Positions 56,752 to 64,000 of a stretch of 64,000 nucleotides of DNA are shown piece after piece (the stretch's first letter is position 1; each line of letters starts with the position of its first letter). The translations under genes were made by a program, and so were the position numbers. The stretch comes from Phycisphaerae bacterium (lineage in GTDB: Bacteria; Planctomycetota; Phycisphaerae; UBA1845; Fen-1342). The stretch spans positions 1-64,000 of the forward strand of contig JASFQK010000037.1 in assembly GCA_050115495.1 (NCBI GenBank), given 5' to 3'. Below the pieces are notes generated by a model that was not told the DNA's origin, did not search any database, and saw nothing but the letters and a program-made list of their open reading frames with translations.

Positions 56752-58980
56752 TCATCGCGGTTCGCCGGCGAGGTCTGTCAGGAGACGGAGTAAGCCCTCC
56801 TGCACGCGTGAACCGACCGTGTCGGGCAGACCTTCGGTTGGCGTCAGGCTACGCAGAGCGGCGATGGGGAACTCGGACTTGTCCGTCAGCGTCGCCGTCC
56901 ATTCCTTCTCTTCCTGCCAAACACTCTCACCCTTGACGCGCTCGCAGTGGTACAGGACGAACTTGCACGTGAGCTTGCCGCCTTCCAGTTGGGCCGCGAT
57001 GTCCGCGTCGCGGGCCGGGGCATCGAATCGTATCTTCGCGACCACGTGGTCTACCAGTGCAGACGTGACGGGCCCGAGCAGGGCTTCGACCTGCTTCTCC
57101 GCCTTGCCTCGCCGGCGTGCCAGGATCGCGCTGTTCAGACGCTCGACGACCTCGCTGGTCGGTGTGGCGGATTCAACGGCTGCGTGGGTCGCGGATTCCT
57201 GCATCCGCAAGGTGAGATCGGTGACCTTACGCCGGCTCGGCTCGAGTTCGAGTTCGACCTTTCGGCAGTAGTAGGTACATGGTGTGCACTGCCCCGGAGG
57301 CTCCTCCTCACGCGCCTCCGCCTGCCACTTCAGGCGAACGCCCGTCTCGGCACGCGCCCGGGCAAGTGCGACAAGCCCCACGATGGCAACGACCGCCACG
57401 ACCGCGACGATGGCAGCCGGCCACATCTCCGTCACGTCCGTGTCGGGCGGCGGTGATACGGAGAAGGCGACCGCGTACGAGTTGTTGGATTCGCTGAGCT
57501 CCGGCACGACCTTCTCGGTATCCAGGTCTATTGTGACTTCATAGTCTCTGCCGCGGGCCCGAGGCACGATTCCGAACTCGACGACCATGCGGACGTGGTC
57601 CTCCGCAGCCAGGCCCGGCAGCTTCGCCGGCAGCTCGCGGGACACGCCGTCGAGACGCGTCCGGACCGGCCCGGGCCAGGGGGGCGTGGTCTGCACGTTC
57701 AGCAGGAAGGGCGGGCTGTCGGCCGTGCCGACGTTCTCCAACCGAGCCTGCACTACGACCACATCACCTCGCTCAACCGCAGACGGAACGGGATCGACCG
57801 CCAAGTCTGGGCGCCTCTCCGGGCCCGGGAAGGAGAACTGAACGGTCTTGGTATCGATGGTGGGTTCCTGCTCGCCGATGTGCCTGGTAAGCGTCACGGT
57901 GTAGCGGACGTCCTTCCCTCGCATCTCGTCCTGAACCTTGAAGCTGAGCTCGACAGGAGTCGACCCAGGCTTCAGGTCGCGCAGTCTGCCTTCGCCTGTG
58001 GGGGCACGGCCATCATCCTCCGGGGTGGCCGTCACAACGAACTCCCCAGGCAGCGGCGAATCCGAGTGACTGATTACGGCAGCGGTCGTCACCCATCGTC
58101 CGTCCGGCTCGTCGAGCGTACACGACTTGATTCTCAGCTCGGGAGGTGCTGGGATGTGAAAGTCGTCCTTCCACTCGTTGTTCTTCTCGTCGGCCTCCCG
58201 AATCCTCCCGGGATCGTCAACCGTGACCGTCGCCACGAAGCGCTGCCCGCGGCACTTGGGAGTGAAGAACCACTCGATGCACACGTTGTGGACTTCGCCG
58301 GGCGCCAGTTCCGGAAACAAACGATCCCCTTCGATGAACCGGGCCTCGCATTGTATAAAGCGTCGTCCGGGCCACTCGGGCTTCGTCGACGCACCCAGCA
58401 TGTATCGGGGGCTGTTTCCCGTGCCTATATTCTTCACTTGCAGTTTCACTCTGACGTTACGTTCCTCGGCATCGATGATCTCGATCGTCGGTGGCGGATC
58501 GCGCAGGATCGTGAGATCTGGAGGCCCGACTTCCAGTGGGAAGGTCAGGTGCACGGACCTGGTGTCGAGAGGTACCGGCCTCTGCGGATTGCGTGAAACG
58601 TGCGTGAGTGGTGTCGGGGGTTGGTAGGCGAGCGTCACCGCGTAGTCGGCACCTCGCAACCTCGGCGTCGATGTCGCCTGGAAGTGGATCTCGATCTCTC
58701 GCGACTCTCCCGTCTTCAGTCCGTCGAGCGCCCCCTCTCCTGCCGGAGCGCCCCGGACCTGCGGCTTCGCCGTGATGAGGAATGGCCCCACCAAACGCGA
58801 GTCGTCGCGGCGCATCACCGTGGCGGTGGCGATCCACACCTCGCCTTCGCGCCGAAGCGTCTGATCGTTGATCCGCAGTTCCACGCCGTAAGCGGATCGC
58901 TGGGCGTAGCCTGGCGCGGCGGGCAGCACAGCGCACGCAAGAACTGCGAGACATAAGACGTGATGGAGTCTCGGCCACAT
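56752..58980 (-). CDS. Membrane-anchored protein with duplicated Ig-like + CARDB modules
   Basis: Signal peptide; PDL..VKNIGT..IREADEKNN and PDL..LENVGT..VPELSESNN; TM WPAAIVAVVAVVAIVGLVAL; C-terminal domain with CTPCTYYC. Confidence 0.8.
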   Translation of the reverse strand: MWPRLHHVLCLAVLACAVLPAAPGYAQRSAYGVELRINDQTLRREGEVWIATATVMRRDDSRLVGPFLITAKPQVRGAPAGEGALDGLKTGESREIEIHFQATSTPRLRGADYAVTLAYQPPTPLTHVSRNPQRPVPLDTRSVHLTFPLEVGPPDLTILRDPPPTIEIIDAEERNVRVKLQVKNIGTGNSPRYMLGASTKPEWPGRRFIQCEARFIEGDRLFPELAPGEVHNVCIEWFFTPKCRGQRFVATVTVDDPGRIREADEKNNEWKDDFHIPAPPELRIKSCTLDEPDGRWVTTAAVISHSDSPLPGEFVVTATPEDDGRAPTGEGRLRDLKPGSTPVELSFKVQDEMRGKDVRYTVTLTRHIGEQEPTIDTKTVQFSFPGPERRPDLAVDPVPSAVERGDVVVVQARLENVGTADSPPFLLNVQTTPPWPGPVRTRLDGVSRELPAKLPGLAAEDHVRMVVEFGIVPRARGRDYEVTIDLDTEKVVPELSESNNSYAVAFSVSPPPDTDVTEMWPAAIVAVVAVVAIVGLVALARARAETGVRLKWQAEAREEEPPGQCTPCTYYCRKVELELEPSRRKVTDLTLRMQESATHAAVESATPTSEVVERLNSAILARRRGKAEKQVEALLGPVTSALVDHVVAKIRFDAPARDADIAAQLEGGKLTCKFVLYHCERVKGESVWQEEKEWTATLTDKSEFPIAALRSLTPTEGLPDTVGSRVQEGLLRLLTDLAGEPR

Positions 58981-59350
58981 CTCTCATCTCCCCGAAATGA
59001 CGCCTGATTCGCCGCGGGTTGCCAGATTGCGCTGTGTCCACGGCAACGGTCGATATGTCGGCGACGGCTTGGTGTTGCCAGCAGGCCACGCCTCCCCGTG
59101 CATATGCGCGAGGATGGTAACAGCGCAACGGCGCAGACACAATCAGAATGGGTGGTTAGATGCTTGTGGCGTTGCGTGTAGCCGAGGTGATTGCAGACGG
59201 TGAGCCGCGCCGCTATCGCTCCGCGACGCCACAGTCGACGTGTGCGGCTGGGCCGACGGGGTGACGCCTTATGCAGGGATAGAAGGTGTAGCCGACGGCT
59301 GTTTGAGGCGACGCCGCGGAACGGCCAGCGAGGACGTGACACAAAACACT

Positions 59351-59392
59351 CGTGCCTGACGGCAAGCTCGTTTGAGCTCGCCGTCAGGCACG
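59351..59392 (-). terminator. Long hairpin downstream of the 59437-61599 gene
   Basis: 19-bp stem (1 mismatch) CGTGCCTGACGGCAAGCTC-GTTT-GAGCTCGCCGTCAGGCACG; followed on the minus strand by AGTGTTTTGT. Confidence 0.65.
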
Positions 59393-59436
59393 TTGGCGTG
59401 ATGCAGCGATAGGCTGAAAGCGAAGCGGAGGCCGCT

Positions 59437-61599
59437 CTACTGCACAGCGGTCTGGAGCGTCGCGAAGTCCGCCAAGTCGGCGTCGGCGTCGCCGTCCAGA
59501 TCCGAAGTCGCACAGCCGCCGGGCAGGGCCACGTCCGGGCCGTTGAGGCAGCCGGCGAGGATCTGGAGATCGTCGACGTCGACGATGCCGTCGCCGTTCA
59601 GGTCGCCCAGTCCCGACGTGACACTCAGCGTCAGCGCGGCGGGATAAGCGGCGCCGGCGGGGTCACCGTTCTGGTCCGTATGGCCGACCTTCAGTCCGTA
59701 CGGCGTGCTCAGGCCGAATGCGTCGTCGCCGGCGGCGGCCACGGTGACGTTGACCGTGCCGGAGCCGAGCGTGCGGAGCGTGACGCGGTACAGGTCCACC
59801 GGGGCGGTCAGGCCGCCGGTGAAGCTGGTGGTGTAGCCGTTGATTGCCCAGGCGCCACGATCACCATCGTTGCCCTCGAAGGAGATGATCTCGGGGCGGG
59901 TCACGTCAAACGAGGCGAGCGGGGTAATGGATTCGACGCGGGCCACACCGCCGGCGGAGATGAACAGGTCGTGCACGAACTGCATCACGCCGTTCTGCTG
60001 GCCGGCGGCGGCGTTCGCCCCGCTGGTCACGGCGGCGCTGACGGTGATCTCGACGGTCTCGTTCGCCGCCAGGTTGTTGAGGGCGTGGCCGCTCGGCACG
60101 TAGACCGAAGTGCTGACCGTGCAGTTGACGCCGGCGTTGGCGTTGAGGTAGACGCCGGTGGCGGAAGGCGTATCGGTATCGTAGAGCCGCCCGACGACGC
60201 GACCGTCGGTGTTGCCCTGGAAGTTCAACGTCCATTGCAGGTCGCTGGCCTCGATGCCGTTATCGCCGGTGGCGTCGACGTCCCAGGGCCGCGTCTGCGT
60301 GGCCGGGTCGCCGTCGTCGCCCTCGGGGGCTTCGCTGAAGCTGTTGCTGAAGATCCAGTCAGGCTCGCCGAAGACGGCGGCCAGTTTGGCGATGTCCGCC
60401 GCATCGCAATCGCCGTCGCGATCGGTGTCGCCGGGGATGAAGGGGATGGCCAGCGGATTGACGCGTCCGGCCATGACTTGGTACGTCGTGATGGCGCCGA
60501 AGTCGTAGTCCACGCCGACGCCGTCATCGAGCCAGAGGGGTACGTTTGTGGTGTAAGGCTGAATGGCGTCTTCGTTGGTGTTGACGGCGTTGCGGAAGAA
60601 GAACCACGGGGAGGGGCCCTGTCCGCCGGTCCCCGTCACTGCCTCGCCGCGAATCCACTGCTCGGTGGCGGTGTCCTGCCAGTTGTTGCCGTTGAGGAGT
60701 TCGCCCAGGCCACCGGGCGCCGGCGTCCAGCCGTCGCCGGTCACGCGGCAGTCAACGCGCGACACGCAGTCCGGATTGAACCCCTGCGGATCGTCGAGGG
60801 CGTGCACGTGCCGATACGGCAGGCCGTCGTGCGTGCTGCCGTCATCCACGTGCCGACCGTCCTGGTCATACTCCCAGCCGCGATCGTGCTCGAAGCTGAG
60901 CTCGTCGACGATTTCGAGGTCGTCGCTGATATCCTCGAGCGTGCTGGCGCCCTTGAGATCCAGCGTGTAGCCGTCGATGTTGTTCGGCTGCCCCTTGTCC
61001 AGGTCGCCGTCGCCGTACTGGTCCATCGGCTCACCGGTCTGCGGGTCGATCACCGGCGTGATGAGCTCGTCATCCGGGCAGATGTCCTTACCCCAGCGGA
61101 GCCCGCCGGGGTTGGAGGGATCGGCCTCGGTGCGGCCGGGACGGTTGCGGATCAACAGGATGGTCGTGCTGCCGTCGTTGTTCAGCTTGTTGGGCGTGTC
61201 CAGCCCGCCGTTCCAGATGGTGTTCCAGCGCTGGAAGCTGGTGTCCGCCAGCAGCGCGGGGTAGTACTCGCTACTGCCGATCCCGATGACCAGCAGACCG
61301 TTGGCGCCAAGCTGCAATCCATCCAGGCTGAAGAACTCGTCGACCTCCTGCAGGGGATCAACGTCTGGCCGGGGGGGAATGCTGCCGAGCGCGTAGTACT
61401 TGCCCCGTGCCCCGTTGACGAACGCGACCGCGTAGCCGTCGAGCTTCATGCCCGGCGTGCCGTAGAGCTCGATGAACTCGCGGGTTGCGTCGGCACTGCT
61501 GCCAGGCGGGTTGATGTAGACCTCGTTGAGGACTATGGCGGCTACAGCCGGGCTGGCCACCAGCAACAGACCCAGACAGCCTGCGACGATCTTACGCAT
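59437..61599 (-). CDS. Secreted protein: lamin-tail-like N-terminus, internal dockerin-like, cohesin-like beta-sandwich, terminal dockerin-like
   Basis: IVLNEVYINPPG..REFIELYG; GDTDRDGDCDAAD..DVDATGDNGIEASD; ETVEITVSA..VDLYRVTLRTLGSG; GDLNGDGIVDVDD..CLNGP..DLDGDADADLADFATLQ. Confidence 0.8.
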   Translation of the reverse strand: MRKIVAGCLGLLLVASPAVAAIVLNEVYINPPGSSADATREFIELYGTPGMKLDGYAVAFVNGARGKYYALGSIPPRPDVDPLQEVDEFFSLDGLQLGANGLLVIGIGSSEYYPALLADTSFQRWNTIWNGGLDTPNKLNNDGSTTILLIRNRPGRTEADPSNPGGLRWGKDICPDDELITPVIDPQTGEPMDQYGDGDLDKGQPNNIDGYTLDLKGASTLEDISDDLEIVDELSFEHDRGWEYDQDGRHVDDGSTHDGLPYRHVHALDDPQGFNPDCVSRVDCRVTGDGWTPAPGGLGELLNGNNWQDTATEQWIRGEAVTGTGGQGPSPWFFFRNAVNTNEDAIQPYTTNVPLWLDDGVGVDYDFGAITTYQVMAGRVNPLAIPFIPGDTDRDGDCDAADIAKLAAVFGEPDWIFSNSFSEAPEGDDGDPATQTRPWDVDATGDNGIEASDLQWTLNFQGNTDGRVVGRLYDTDTPSATGVYLNANAGVNCTVSTSVYVPSGHALNNLAANETVEITVSAAVTSGANAAAGQQNGVMQFVHDLFISAGGVARVESITPLASFDVTRPEIISFEGNDGDRGAWAINGYTTSFTGGLTAPVDLYRVTLRTLGSGTVNVTVAAAGDDAFGLSTPYGLKVGHTDQNGDPAGAAYPAALTLSVTSGLGDLNGDGIVDVDDLQILAGCLNGPDVALPGGCATSDLDGDADADLADFATLQTAVQ

Positions 61600-61667
61600 A
61601 GTAGTATCTCCAGATGAGACCCGTCTCCAAATGGGCGAGTCGACCACGTCGTTCTCGGAATCGCCGC

Positions 61668-62588
61668 TCAGCGCAACACCCAGGCATCCTCAGAGCGGCG
61701 TGCGATGCTGAGGATCCCGTCGAACACGACCGCAGGATTGAGATCCCGCTGCTCCGGCGGATACACGTCGGTGTTGAGCGCGAATTCGCCATCGCGATCC
61801 TGGTCGATGAACACCCGGACATGGCCGTCGGCGAACAGCACGTTGGCGCGATGTCCCTGGAGGTCCTTCTTGAGCACCCACGATCCCGTGCCGTGGGCCG
61901 GGCCGAAGTCCGCGTAGTTCTGAATGCCGTAGGGACCGTCGTACGGTCCGTCGATCATCGTCTTCACCGACCGCTTGCCCAGCACCAGGTTGTCCAGGTC
62001 GGTGCGGCCGTCGCCGATGAGCGGGATCCGCGACTCCGTGACCAGCGTCGCGCCGCCCAGCCGCAGGCCCCCGTAGCCATTCTTGACCCGCTTGGTGTTC
62101 GGGTCGCCGTGGATCGGGTTCCACTCGGTCCGGGCCATGTAGTACGACTGCGTGTAGTTGGTGTTGTACCCGCGATCGATCAATTGCTGTGCTTCGTTCG
62201 GCGCGTACGAATCCACGCCGGCGGCCGTCGCGCCCAGCTTCTGGTTGTAGCGCGCCGGGTTGCTCGGACAAAGCTGCGTCGCCGGGAAGGCCAGCCGCGA
62301 GTTGACCAGGTCCGCCACCCAGCCGACCTTGTCGACCGGGCCGTCGCGACCATTGGAAACTTCAGGATCGAAGGACCCGCTGCACGTGCGGTCCTCGTTG
62401 TCGCCGGCGTAGGCATGGATGGCGATGCCGATCGTTCGCAGGCTCGCGCCACACTTCACTTCCTTGGCCTGTTCCCGGGCGCTGCTCAGCGCCGGCAGGA
62501 GGATCGACAGAAGAACGGCGATGATGGCGATCACCACAAGGAGCTCGATTAACGTGAAGCCCGTCGGTTGCCTGCGGCTGTCGTGCAT
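61668..62588 (-). CDS. Prepilin-type N-terminal cleavage/methylation protein (DUF1559-like)
   Basis: [48 protein letters not shown]. Confidence 0.93.
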   Translation of the reverse strand: MHDSRRQPTGFTLIELLVVIAIIAVLLSILLPALSSAREQAKEVKCGASLRTIGIAIHAYAGDNEDRTCSGSFDPEVSNGRDGPVDKVGWVADLVNSRLAFPATQLCPSNPARYNQKLGATAAGVDSYAPNEAQQLIDRGYNTNYTQSYYMARTEWNPIHGDPNTKRVKNGYGGLRLGGATLVTESRIPLIGDGRTDLDNLVLGKRSVKTMIDGPYDGPYGIQNYADFGPAHGTGSWVLKKDLQGHRANVLFADGHVRVFIDQDRDGEFALNTDVYPPEQRDLNPAVVFDGILSIARRSEDAWVLR

Positions 62589-62813
62589 GCCAGTCCTTTC
62601 GTTTGCCTCAGCTCGCCACGCCTCCTGAGTCCGGACGATCGTCACACCGCGGCGGCTCGCGCTGACCCCTCGCTTCCGCTCAAGCTCGATCGCGTCGGTC
62701 AGCCATCCGCACGCAGCCACCCGCGGGGCCGGTCGGCTTCCGCGGGCGGCTGTGGCGTGGTGTCAGTCAGGGCGACACGCGTCGACGCGTCGCTCCCTCA
62801 GCGAGCCGGTGCT

Positions 62814-63437
62814 CTAGCGACGCCGAGCCAGCCCGAGGCCGGCCACCGCCATCAGCACGAGCGACGTCGGCTCCGGCACGTACGTGCCCGGGTTGGCCAC
62901 GTCGCCGTGCGCGCCGGTGTACGAGCCAAACGCGTCGCCGAGCTCAGCTTCGACCCACTGGTACACGTCGTTCGCGCCGAGAGTGGCCGGCGTAGCCGGG
63001 TTTCCGCTCACGCCATTCGTGCGAATCGAGTCGTCGAAGTCCTCGTCGCCGTAGGTCAGCCGGTCGATTTGCAGGCTGCCGGCGTCGTAGAGGTTGATCT
63101 CGTCGTTGCGGCCGATATTGGCCTGATTTCCACCGATCACCTTGACCGTTTCGACCAAGCCCCAGTTGGCCCGGAAAGTCTCGGCGGGGTCTTCGCACAG
63201 GATGACCGATTCGCCGGGCTGCACGGTGCCGAAGTCGCTCAACATGACATCGCCCGGATAGCGAGCATCGTCAGAGAAGCTCCAGCCGGTCATGTCGACG
63301 GGGTCGATGCCCGTGTTGGTGAACTCAATGAACTCGCCATCGTCGCCCTTGTACATCCACTCCGTGATCTGCATGGACGCCGCCACAGGCGCCGCCAGTA
63401 CGATGATCCCGAGCACTGTGATCAGGGTGTTCCTCAT
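62814..63437 (-). CDS. Lamin-tail-domain PEP-CTERM protein
   Basis: MQITEWMY..GEFIEFTNTG..PVDMTGWSFSD, NPG; VPEPTSLVLMAVAGLGLARRR. Confidence 0.9.
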   Translation of the reverse strand: MRNTLITVLGIIVLAAPVAASMQITEWMYKGDDGEFIEFTNTGIDPVDMTGWSFSDDARYPGDVMLSDFGTVQPGESVILCEDPAETFRANWGLVETVKVIGGNQANIGRNDEINLYDAGSLQIDRLTYGDEDFDDSIRTNGVSGNPATPATLGANDVYQWVEAELGDAFGSYTGAHGDVANPGTYVPEPTSLVLMAVAGLGLARRR

Positions 63438-63700
63438 TCCAGATCTCCTTTCTCCTTCGGTTAATTCATAACTGCCCCAGGGGGCCGACATCGGTAAGGC
63501 TTGGATGGAGCCAGCTTGTAACCGGTATGTGTGAGCGAATGATGAACGCCTGGCAAAGACCGGATGAGCCGGCGTCGCTGGAGACGAAAAACCCGCCGAT
63601 CCGTAAGCGCTGCATCTTGCAGCATGACGGCGCGGCGAGCACAATGCCGACCCGACCGGCTGCCGGCGCAGCCGACGCGAACCCCTGCTCAGGAACTCCC

Positions 63701-64000
63701 ATGTCACGCACTTGCTGTCTGCTGATCGCGCTTGGCGGCGTTGCCGCGGTGTTGGCCCAGTCCGCTCCCTCGACCCCGCCGGAAGTCGCCACGATTCGAC
63801 AGGTGTGGGTCTCCACCGGCACGACGTACGCGAACACCGATTCGCTGGCGGCGTGCCAGGTCGGCTTGGACAAGGTGAGGGTCTTCGCCACCGCCAAGGA
63901 TGGGGACCGCGTCGACGTGTTCGACGGCTCCACGGGGACCTGGCTGCGGTCGATCGGCACGCCGGGGAAGGACCCTGGGCAGCTCAAGTATCCCAATGGC
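63701..64000 (+). CDS. Secreted beta-propeller (phytase-like/NHL-repeat) protein, 5' partial view; absent from the ORF track
   Basis: AGGA RBS; MSRTCCLLIALGGVAAVLA..NTDSLA..VFATAKDGDRVDVFDGSTG..LRSIGTPGKDPGQLKYPNG, open to the window end. Confidence 0.7.
   Translation, partial: MSRTCCLLIALGGVAAVLAQSAPSTPPEVATIRQVWVSTGTTYANTDSLAACQVGLDKVRVFATAKDGDRVDVFDGSTGTWLRSIGTPGKDPGQLKYPNG

Noticed and set aside
1..64000. tRNA/rRNA genes, exosortase, prophage or known anti-phage defence genes
   Set aside because: None recognised; the exosortase for the PEP-CTERM proteins would have to lie elsewhere

Overview
High-GC bacterial DNA whose gene content suggests Planctomycetota, most likely Phycisphaerae (inference): six PEP-CTERM proteins, two prepilin-type/DUF1559 proteins, many Cys-containing dockerin-like DxDxDGDVD tails, and an ECF sigma/anti-sigma pair. 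From left to right: the right end of an IS256-like element; a two-component system with a VOC/small-ORF/pseudo-receiver unit; an ECF operon ending in two tandem ~1,750-aa CsgG-domain paralogues; an uncharacterised HTH-like gene divergent from a dockerin-tailed Cys-rich protein and a cohesin-like PEP-CTERM protein; a LacI-flanked glycan locus (SGNH/DUF4886 proteins, a nested-repeat beta-sandwich protein, DUF1559, clan GH-A hydrolase, SSS symporter, GH130); the RDD/SpoIIM/DUF58/MoxR/DUF4350/DUF4129 cluster; a cyclase-kinase-TPR fusion; more dockerin-tailed enzymes; and a second PEP-CTERM/DUF1559/dockerin cassette beside a partial phytase-like gene. The best candidate for an undescribed system is a PEP-CTERM-anchored cohesin/dockerin surface-display network, built from repeated cassettes in which the same domain occurs once with a PEP-CTERM anchor and once with a dockerin tail, next to a DUF1559 pilin-like gene. 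All calls come from reading motifs by eye; no database searches were run. Many starts were moved from the ORF track to RBS/signal-peptide-supported codons.
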